Below, in pieces: positions 27,462 through 35,043 of a DNA stretch of 35,043 nucleotides. The stretch lies in sequence record SRR20825019_789; one strand, 5' to 3'. Position 1 is the first letter of the stretch; the number at the start of each line of letters is the position of its first letter. The notes under the pieces were generated by a model. The model was not told the DNA's origin. It ran no database searches and saw only the letters and a program-made list of their open reading frames with translations. The position numbers were made by a program, and so were the translations under genes.

Positions 27462-28250
27462 TTATAGTTTTTTAATTTTTATGTTTCTGAACCAAATTGG
27501 ACTTGAATGGTCCTGCAGGGCAATGTACCCAGTTTTGTATTTTCCATAATCAGGGGCGTTGTCCCATTTTCCCGATGCTTTTTTTGCATTCCATTCTTCT
27601 GACCAAGGGACAAATTCCAATAATTTTTTGCCATTGAGCCAGTGTTCCACCTTTTCGGGAGTGAACACGATTTTGGAGGAATTCCATTCACCGACCGGAT
27701 TAAGGTTTTTTTGCGATTCATCGGCCGTGTGCATGGCATAATCGGCCCCTGTTTTTTGCCAGTCTTGCAGCAGTTCTGGGTGCTCTGCACCAAATTGAGA
27801 GTTGTACCCTGTAAGATCATGGATGTTCCCATAGTTTTCATCATCTATAATTTGATATTCCGGTGCAACCACGGGAGGACCATCATACCCTTCTTTTACA
27901 TGATAAAAAATTCCGCTATTGGCTCCCTCAGGTATTCTCCATTCAAGGTAGAGTTCGAAATTATCGAACTCTTCGGCTCCGTAAATAATATCCTTTCCAC
28001 CGGTATAGTCCTGTTCCAGTCCCAGTTCGGTATCAAAAGTGAGGATACTGTCTCGTATGGTCCATCCAGGGGGCAGGGAGTCCATTCCGTACCCTCGCCA
28101 GCCTTCCAGACTGGAGCCATCAAAAAGATAGATCCATTCTAATTCTTCCTTTTCGGGCTCTGGGATTGCTGTTTCTTCTTTTTTGTTTGTTTGATTTTTG
28201 CAGGCGGTTATCGCCAGAATCAAAATGGCGACCTTTAAAAATTTAAGCAT
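27462..28250 (-). CDS. DUF1080 / 3-keto-disaccharide hydrolase-family lipoprotein
   Basis: LAITAC lipobox; LFDGSSLEGW, NFELYLEW, ANSGIFY, PEYQIID, GEWN, HWLNG, GYIALQDH..WFRNIKIK. Confidence 0.93.
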   Translation of the reverse strand: MLKFLKVAILILAITACKNQTNKKEETAIPEPEKEELEWIYLFDGSSLEGWRGYGMDSLPPGWTIRDSILTFDTELGLEQDYTGGKDIIYGAEEFDNFELYLEWRIPEGANSGIFYHVKEGYDGPPVVAPEYQIIDDENYGNIHDLTGYNSQFGAEHPELLQDWQKTGADYAMHTADESQKNLNPVGEWNSSKIVFTPEKVEHWLNGKKLLEFVPWSEEWNAKKASGKWDNAPDYGKYKTGYIALQDHSSPIWFRNIKIKKL

Positions 28251-28356
28251 TGTTTAGTTTTAGGTTTAATAAGCTGGGTTAAAGTACAAAATATTGAACA
28301 ACTTTTTTTGTGTCTTTTTCACTACATTTAAAGCCGACTAACTCAACACTTTAAAA

Positions 28357-31300
28357 ATGAAGACTTGCTTTTTCAAAATTGGTATGCTTTTGCTTGCCAC
28401 CACATTATTTATTTCCCCTGCTCATTCTCAGCGCAGGAACAAGAAACAAAGTTCGCCCGAATACCCTCAAGAACTTTACTCCAGTTTGGAATACCGATTG
28501 ATCGGTCCTTTTCGAGGAGGACGCTCTGGCACAGTTGCCGGTGTACCTGGAGAACCTAACCTATATTATTTCGGTGCCACTGGTGGCGGAGTTTGGAGAA
28601 CCAAAGATGGAGGCCGCACTTGGGAAAATATTTCCGACGGTTATTTTGGAGGAAGTATCGGTGCCGTTGAGGTAGCGCAAAGCGACCATAATGTAATTTA
28701 TGTAGGTGGAGGTGAGCAGACCGTTCGCGGTAACGTGTCTTCAGGTTACGGTGTTTGGAAGACCGAGGATGCCGGGAAAACATGGAAATCTTTGGGATTG
28801 GACAAAAGCCGTCATATTTCCAGAATGAGAATTCATCCCCAAGATCACAACATCGTGTACGCCGCCGTGATGGGCAATCTGTATAAACCTACTGAAGAGC
28901 GTGGTGTTTACAAGAGTACGGATGGTGGAGAGACTTGGAAAAAAGTGCTTTATGCCAATGATATGGCAGGAGCTGTTGATCTTACTTTTGACCCCAACAA
29001 CCCAAGAATTTTATATGCATCTACTTGGAGAATTGAACGTACACCCTACAGCTTGAATAGTGGAGGGGAAGGTTCTGCACTTTGGAAGAGTACTGATAGC
29101 GGTGAAACGTGGACCGAAATTTCCAATAACAAAGGCTTTGCAACCGATACATTGGGAATTATTGGCGTGGCCGTATCTCCCAAAAACAGTAACAGGGTTT
29201 GGGCCATGGTGGAAAACAAGGAAAAAGGAGGATTGTATCGTTCCGAAGATGCAGGAAAAACTTGGTCGCTGATCAATAGTGACAGAAGCCTAAGACAACG
29301 TGCTTGGTACTACACCAGAATTTATGCGGACACCAATGATGAGGATGTTGTATATGTGCTCAATGTAAGCTATCATAAAAGTACCGATGGAGGAAAAACG
29401 TTTGAATCTAACAATGCTCCCCACGGTGACCATCATGATTTATGGATAGCTCCAGAAGATTCCGATCGTATGATCATGGCAGATGACGGTGGAGCTCAAG
29501 TGAGTTACGATGGCGGAGAAACATGGAGTACCTATCACAACCAACCTACGGCACAATTTTATAGGGTCACTACGGACAATGCTTTTCCATACCGTATTTA
29601 TGTGGCGCAACAGGACAACTCTACCCTTAGAATCAATTATAGGAGTGATGATGGTTCCATAGGTGAGGATGATTGGGAAGAAACCGCTGGTGGTGAATCT
29701 GCCCATATTGCAGTGGACCCCGAGAATAACGACATTGTTTATGGGGGTAGTTACGGTGGTTTGTTGACACGTGTCAATCATGAGAAGAATACGGCAAGGG
29801 CCGTCAATGTATGGCCAGATAACCCCATGGGCCATGGTGCCGAAGGGATGAAGTACCGTTTTCAGTGGAACTTCCCCATCATGTTCAGTAAGCACGACCC
29901 TAATAAACTCTATACCTTCTCCAACCATGTGCATATGACCACTAATGAAGGTCAGAGTTGGGAACTGTTGAGTGGCGACCTCACCAGGAACGACCCCACA
30001 AAATTGGTGTCCAGTGGCGGACCCATTACACAGGATAATACGAGTGTGGAATATTACTGTACCATTTTCGCGGCCAACGAAAGTCCATTGAAAGAAGGAT
30101 TGCTTTGGGTCGGTAGTGATGATGGACTTATCCATGTGACCAAGGATGGAGGCCAAACATGGGAAAATGTAACTCCGCCGAGTATGCCAGAATGGAACAT
30201 GATCAACAGTATCGAGCCTTCCACTTTTGATGAAGGTACTTGCTACGTCGCTGCAACGCGGTATAAACTAGGCGATTTTGCTCCGTACCTTTACAAGACC
30301 ACCGATTATGGTAAAACTTGGACCAAAATCACCAACGGAATCGAAGATGAGCACTTTACCCGTGTGGTAAGGGAGGACCCGAAAAGAAAAGGATTGCTGT
30401 ATGCAGGAACCGAAACGGGAATGTACATTTCTTTCAACGATGGTGCCGATTGGGAAAAATTCCAGTTGAACTTGCCCATAGTGCCTATCACCGATTTGGC
30501 CATTAAGGACAACAATTTGATCGTAGCCACCCAAGGTAGAAGCGTTTGGGTTATTGATGACCTTACCGTACTTCATCAATTGGATGATGTGAAAAAATCG
30601 GCCGATGCCATTTTGTACAAACCAAGGGACAGCTATAGAACCAAAGGAAGAGCTTCAAGCAGACCATCAAAAACAGAAGGGGAAAACCTGCCGAATGGTG
30701 TAATCACCCATTTTTATTTAAAGGATTTCTCGGAAAAGGACAGTATTGCCCTGACCTACTCCAAAATGAATGGCGATACGTTGGAAACCTACAGCACTTA
30801 CGCCAAGGAAAAGGACAAAAAACTGGAAGCTAAGAAAGGCGGGAACACCTATGTGTGGGATACCCGTGGCAAAGGTGCTGAAAGATTGGACGGCATGATT
30901 CTATGGTGGGCCAACTTAAATGGACCCAAAGCAGTACCTGGAACATACAAGGTCACGCTGAACGTAAACGGTGAGACCCAGACCGAAAACTTTACCATTC
31001 TTCCCGATCCAAGGGCAGAGGTCACTGCGGCCGATATGCAGAAACAGTACGATTTCATCACCGAGGTGAACGAGACCGTGGACAGGGCGCACCAATCCAT
31101 CAAAAAGATTAGGACGATCAACGGCAAACTGGACGACTTCATCAAAAAGTATAAAGATGATGAAGCTACGAAGGCCTTGGTAGAGAAAGCCAAAAAGATG
31201 AAGGAAGAATTCGGGTCCATTGAAAAGGAGCTCTATCAGACCAAGAACAGAAGTAATCAAGACCCATTGAACTTCCCTATCAAATTGACCAACAAATTGG

Positions 31301-31491
31301 CGCATTTGAACAGCTTGGTTTCTATTGACGATTTCCCCCCAACAGAGCAGGACATTGCCGTGAAAAATGAAATTGGTGGTCAAATCAAAGAACAATTGGA
31401 AGCCTTTGATGCTTTGGTCGACAAGGAGATTTCAGCCTTCAACGAAGAATTTAATCAACTCAAATTGGATTATTTGAGCATCGAGGAATAG
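28357..31491 (+). CDS. Secreted VPS10/BNR (Asp-box) beta-propeller protein, 'glycosyl hydrolase'-like, paralogue 1
   Basis: Signal peptide; IGPFRGGRS; many S/T-x-D-x-G-x-T-W Asp boxes; QRAWYY, HGDHHDLWI, QQDN; helical C-terminus. Confidence 0.9.
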   Translation: MKTCFFKIGMLLLATTLFISPAHSQRRNKKQSSPEYPQELYSSLEYRLIGPFRGGRSGTVAGVPGEPNLYYFGATGGGVWRTKDGGRTWENISDGYFGGSIGAVEVAQSDHNVIYVGGGEQTVRGNVSSGYGVWKTEDAGKTWKSLGLDKSRHISRMRIHPQDHNIVYAAVMGNLYKPTEERGVYKSTDGGETWKKVLYANDMAGAVDLTFDPNNPRILYASTWRIERTPYSLNSGGEGSALWKSTDSGETWTEISNNKGFATDTLGIIGVAVSPKNSNRVWAMVENKEKGGLYRSEDAGKTWSLINSDRSLRQRAWYYTRIYADTNDEDVVYVLNVSYHKSTDGGKTFESNNAPHGDHHDLWIAPEDSDRMIMADDGGAQVSYDGGETWSTYHNQPTAQFYRVTTDNAFPYRIYVAQQDNSTLRINYRSDDGSIGEDDWEETAGGESAHIAVDPENNDIVYGGSYGGLLTRVNHEKNTARAVNVWPDNPMGHGAEGMKYRFQWNFPIMFSKHDPNKLYTFSNHVHMTTNEGQSWELLSGDLTRNDPTKLVSSGGPITQDNTSVEYYCTIFAANESPLKEGLLWVGSDDGLIHVTKDGGQTWENVTPPSMPEWNMINSIEPSTFDEGTCYVAATRYKLGDFAPYLYKTTDYGKTWTKITNGIEDEHFTRVVREDPKRKGLLYAGTETGMYISFNDGADWEKFQLNLPIVPITDLAIKDNNLIVATQGRSVWVIDDLTVLHQLDDVKKSADAILYKPRDSYRTKGRASSRPSKTEGENLPNGVITHFYLKDFSEKDSIALTYSKMNGDTLETYSTYAKEKDKKLEAKKGGNTYVWDTRGKGAERLDGMILWWANLNGPKAVPGTYKVTLNVNGETQTENFTILPDPRAEVTAADMQKQYDFITEVNETVDRAHQSIKKIRTINGKLDDFIKKYKDDEATKALVEKAKKMKEEFGSIEKELYQTKNRSNQDPLNFPIKLTNKLAHLNSLVSIDDFPPTEQDIAVKNEIGGQIKEQLEAFDALVDKEISAFNEEFNQLKLDYLSIEE

Positions 31492-31498
31492 TAATACG

Positions 31499-31526
31499 GC
31501 CCCTATGTTTTTGCATAGGGGCTTTT
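31499..31526 (+). terminator. Intrinsic terminator-like hairpin between the two VPS10 genes
   Basis: gcccctatg-tttttg-cataggggc (9-bp perfect stem) followed by tttt, 7 nt after the stop codon. Confidence 0.7.
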
Positions 31527-31568
31527 AGATTGTAGACCACCTACCAATAATACAAATCAACCATCACA

Positions 31569-34500
31569 ATGAAAAGAGGATTTCTTTTTTTGCTGAGTGC
31601 AGTTTTTGGATCGCTCACTTTTGCACAGACCGCCAACGATTATTTTGAACCCATGAAATTTAGGAACATTGGTCCTTTTAGGGGTGGACGTTCCGTAACA
31701 GCGAGTGGCGTAGTGGGAGACCCTTTGACCTATTACATGGGTACAACGGGAGGTGGCCTTTGGAAGACCACCAATGCCGGAGGCCTTTGGGAAAACATTT
31801 CGGACGGTTTTTTTGAAATGGGCTCTGTGGGTGCTGTCGCTGTGTCCCAGTCCAATTCCAATATTGTGTACTGTGGCATGGGCGAGCATGCCCCGAGGGG
31901 AGTAATGACCTCTTATGGTGATGGCATGTACAGATCCAACGACGCAGGAAAAACATGGATCAAGTTGGGCCTTGCAAAGACACAGCATATTTCGCGGATC
32001 ATTATCCACCCGACCAATCCCGATATTGTCTACGTAGCTGCGCAAGGGGCATTGTACGCCCCAAATGAAGAACGAGGAGTGTATCGGTCCATGGACGGTG
32101 GAAAAACGTGGGAGAAGATTCTTTATGTAGACCAAGGTACGGGAGCAGCCGAACTTTCCATGGATGCCAACAATCCATTGGTGTTGTACGCGGCCATGTG
32201 GGAGCATCAACGAAAACCAAATAAAGTGATCAGTGGCGGGCCTGGAAGCGGATTGTACAAAAGTACCGATGGCGGCAACACTTGGAAAGAAATGACCAAA
32301 GGGCTACCCGAAGAAAAAGGGAAAATGGCCATTGCGGTGAGCGCCGCCAATTCCAATAAGGTGTACGCATTGGTAGAAAGTGATTCCGATCAAGATAAAG
32401 GTGGCTTGTTCGTTTCCAATGATGCAGGGGATAGCTGGCACATGGTAAGTGGCGACAACCGTTTGGTACAGCGTGCTTGGTATTATATCGAAGTATTTGC
32501 CGACCCCAATGATGAAGATACCGTCTATGTGCTAAGTGCTTCCATGTTCCGTTCCGAAGATGGCGGAAAAACATGGGAAACCATATCCGTTCCCCATGGC
32601 GATACCCACGACTTGTGGATCAACCCAAACAATTCCAAAAACATTCTTTTGGCAGATGATGGCGGTGCAACCATTTCCTTTGATTATGGGGAGAATTGGA
32701 CGCTTCAGGACAATATGCCCACAGCCCAGTTTTACCGTATCAATACAGACAACTTGTTTCCCTATAACATTTACGGTGGACAGCAGGACAACACCTCGGT
32801 AAAGATTGCAAGTCTTTCTATGGGCCGATGGAGTATCAACCAAGAAGATTGGCATTATTCCGCAGGGGGCGAGAGCGCCTTTTTGGGTTTTGATCCCGAT
32901 AATCCACGTTATGTGATGGGTGGAAGTTATTTGGGAACCATCGAACTGTTGGATATGGAATCCAAAATGTCCAGCAACGTGATGGCGGCACCCATTCAAT
33001 ACTTGGGACGCGATGCCCGCGATATGAAATATCTGTATAATTGGAACGCACCCATTATTTGGTCCAAGCATGAACCTGGAACATTTTATCACGGAGCACA
33101 ACTGGTTTTGCGAACCAGGGACAATGGAGTGACTTGGGAAGAAATATCCCCTGACCTCACCAGAGATCAAGACGAACTGCAAGGAAAAGGTGGTGGTCCC
33201 TACACCAACGAAGCTGTTGGAGCCGAAAACTACGGTACCCTGGCCTATCTGATTGAATCACCGCATGAAGCGGGCGTTTTGATCACGGGAAGTGATGATG
33301 GGTTGGTACACATCACTAAAAACGGAGGAGAATCATGGGAAGATATTACCCCGAAGGGCTTAAAGGAATGTTTGGTGAACGCCATTGAAGTATCGCCTCA
33401 TGACCCAAGCACTATCTACATTGCCACCACCCGATATAAATTCAACGACTATACACCTGGATTGTACAAAAGTACCGACTATGGAAAAAGTTGGACAAAC
33501 ATTAGCGAAGGAATTCCCTACGGAGCCTTTACCCGGGTGGTTCGGGAAGACCAAGAACAGAAAGGATTGTTATATGCAGGTACCGAGAAGGGTCTTTATG
33601 CATCGTGGAACAATGGCAAAACATGGGAGGCCCTGCAACTGAATTTACCCAAAACACCGATTACCGACCTAAAAGTGCATCAAGGGGATTTGATCGTGGC
33701 AACATCGGGAAGGAGTTTTTGGATTTTGGACAACATCAACCTGCTTTCCCAATACAAGGGAAATACAGGTGAGTTGAAAATTTATAAGCCGGAAGAAGCC
33801 ATTCATGGATATTGGGGAAGTCCGCTCAGCAGTAATTCCAAAAGTGTGACAGGCACCAATCCATATGAAGGAGTTAACCCGGCCAATGGTATGGTGATAT
33901 ATTACAATCTTCCAAAGGAAATGGATTCGACCGAAGTGACCATGGAAATTCTGGACCAGGCGGGTAAATTGGTCCGTAGCTTTACCTCCAAGAAAGATGA
34001 TAGTTATATTCCCCACAACGGCGGCGGTGCCCCGCCCAAACCAGTTTTGGGGACGGATAAAGGGCTTAATCGTTTTGTTTGGGATTTAAAAACTCCCATT
34101 GTCCCAGGCGTACCCGGGGTATATATCGAGGCGGACTTTTCAGGACATAAAGTGCCACCGGGCACATACACCATTAATTTGAAAGCAGGAGATAAAATGG
34201 TTTCCACAGTAGGCGCCATTGTTCCTACGCCGAATACCAACATGACAGAGGAGCGTTTTAAAGAGTATCATTCCATAATGATGGATTTTGAGAAGAAGTT
34301 GACGGATATGCACAACAAAGTGAACAAGTTGAAAGAAGTGCAAGGTCAGCTGGAGACCCTTTTGAAGGATTTGGACAATGAGGTGCTTAAAAAGGAAGGC
34401 CAAGCATTGCTGGATAAATTAAAGGAATGGGATGGCGAAATGGTCCAGCGTAAATCACAAGCGTATGATGATGTGGAGAACTTTCCCAACAAGTTTACCG

Positions 34501-34694
34501 CAGAATATCTGTTTGTGATGAACCATAGCAACAGCGCTTTACCACAGATCAATCAACCATCAAAGGATAGAAAAGCGGAGCTGGATGCACAATGGGTGGG
34601 ATTAAAACGGCGTGCAGAAGCACTGATGAATTCAGAAATACCTAATTTTAACGCCAAACTTTGGGAGAATGGCATCGGCGCCATTCGAATGTAA
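31569..34694 (+). CDS. Secreted VPS10/BNR (Asp-box) beta-propeller protein, paralogue 2
   Basis: Same architecture: IGPFRGGRS, Asp boxes, [35 protein letters not shown]; coiled-coil C-terminus. Confidence 0.9.
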   Translation: MKRGFLFLLSAVFGSLTFAQTANDYFEPMKFRNIGPFRGGRSVTASGVVGDPLTYYMGTTGGGLWKTTNAGGLWENISDGFFEMGSVGAVAVSQSNSNIVYCGMGEHAPRGVMTSYGDGMYRSNDAGKTWIKLGLAKTQHISRIIIHPTNPDIVYVAAQGALYAPNEERGVYRSMDGGKTWEKILYVDQGTGAAELSMDANNPLVLYAAMWEHQRKPNKVISGGPGSGLYKSTDGGNTWKEMTKGLPEEKGKMAIAVSAANSNKVYALVESDSDQDKGGLFVSNDAGDSWHMVSGDNRLVQRAWYYIEVFADPNDEDTVYVLSASMFRSEDGGKTWETISVPHGDTHDLWINPNNSKNILLADDGGATISFDYGENWTLQDNMPTAQFYRINTDNLFPYNIYGGQQDNTSVKIASLSMGRWSINQEDWHYSAGGESAFLGFDPDNPRYVMGGSYLGTIELLDMESKMSSNVMAAPIQYLGRDARDMKYLYNWNAPIIWSKHEPGTFYHGAQLVLRTRDNGVTWEEISPDLTRDQDELQGKGGGPYTNEAVGAENYGTLAYLIESPHEAGVLITGSDDGLVHITKNGGESWEDITPKGLKECLVNAIEVSPHDPSTIYIATTRYKFNDYTPGLYKSTDYGKSWTNISEGIPYGAFTRVVREDQEQKGLLYAGTEKGLYASWNNGKTWEALQLNLPKTPITDLKVHQGDLIVATSGRSFWILDNINLLSQYKGNTGELKIYKPEEAIHGYWGSPLSSNSKSVTGTNPYEGVNPANGMVIYYNLPKEMDSTEVTMEILDQAGKLVRSFTSKKDDSYIPHNGGGAPPKPVLGTDKGLNRFVWDLKTPIVPGVPGVYIEADFSGHKVPPGTYTINLKAGDKMVSTVGAIVPTPNTNMTEERFKEYHSIMMDFEKKLTDMHNKVNKLKEVQGQLETLLKDLDNEVLKKEGQALLDKLKEWDGEMVQRKSQAYDDVENFPNKFTAEYLFVMNHSNSALPQINQPSKDRKAELDAQWVGLKRRAEALMNSEIPNFNAKLWENGIGAIRM

Positions 34695-34713
34695 CATCTA
34701 AAAAACAGGTCAA

Positions 34714-35043
34714 TTGTTGTATCCCTACATAAAATCGTTGCACCTCATATTTGTGGTGACCTGGTTTGCGGGTCTGTTCTACATTCCCAGGCTCTTTATT
34801 TATCATATTGAGGCTTGGCAAAAACCATCGCCCGACAAGGAGATATTGTCCGAACAACTCAAGTTGATGACAAAGCGGCTTTGGTATATCATCACTTGGC
34901 CATCGGCAATTTTGTGCACGCTTACGGCCATTTGGTTGTTGATTTTAATGCCAGCATGGTTGCAACAACCTTGGATGCATGTAAAATTGGCGTTTGTGCT
35001 ACTGCTTTTTGTATATCATTTTAAATGCCATCAAATTTTTAAA
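34714..35043 (+). CDS. hemJ: Protoporphyrinogen IX oxidase HemJ (CopD-like family), 5' part, runs off the window
   Basis: Hand translation from TTG 34714 is open to the window end: MLYPYIKSLHLIFVVTWFAGLFYIPRLFIYH...MTKRLWYIITWPS...WMHVKL...YHFKC, with the K.LH...W.AGLFY.PRLF.YH signature. Confidence 0.92.
   Translation, partial: MLYPYIKSLHLIFVVTWFAGLFYIPRLFIYHIEAWQKPSPDKEILSEQLKLMTKRLWYIITWPSAILCTLTAIWLLILMPAWLQQPWMHVKLAFVLLLFVYHFKCHQIFK

Noticed and set aside
29440..33182. Long minus-strand ORFs (238, 217 and 216 aa) opposite the VPS10 genes
   Set aside because: Antisense shadows of strongly supported genes with no protein-like motifs.
34648..35024. Short ORFs 34648-34857 (-) and 34815-35024 (+) from the track
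   Set aside because: They overlap the hemJ frame, which has clear family signatures.

Overview
A gene-dense chromosomal segment from a Bacteroidota bacterium, most consistent with marine Flavobacteriaceae (TAnnTTTG-type promoter elements, lipoprotein signals, gene content). The backbone is a near-complete heme biosynthesis region. It has a leftward run hemA-hemC-hemD-hemE-(unknown helical protein)-hemF-(PhzF-like)-hemB followed by a serine hydrolase, a CNNM/CBS protein, ogt and a 3'-5' exonuclease. Divergent from it is an AraC regulator with a Fur-like palindrome, then hemH followed by a DUF3050 heme-oxygenase-fold protein and a MATE pump. A truncated hemJ at the right edge is missing from the ORF track. 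Interspersed are two AT-rich lipoprotein genes, a DUF1460 amidase, MscS, a YdjI/YdjG-like SPFH plus zinc-ribbon pair, a DUF1080-Gfo/Idh/MocA-DinB-DmpA run, and two tandem ~1040-aa VPS10/BNR propeller paralogues. Short palindromic REP-like repeats occur at ~150-200, ~8170-8270 (one supplies the HemD C-terminus) and ~22940-23110. I saw no rRNA, tRNA, CRISPR array, transposase or integrase. All family calls come from motif recognition, not database searches.
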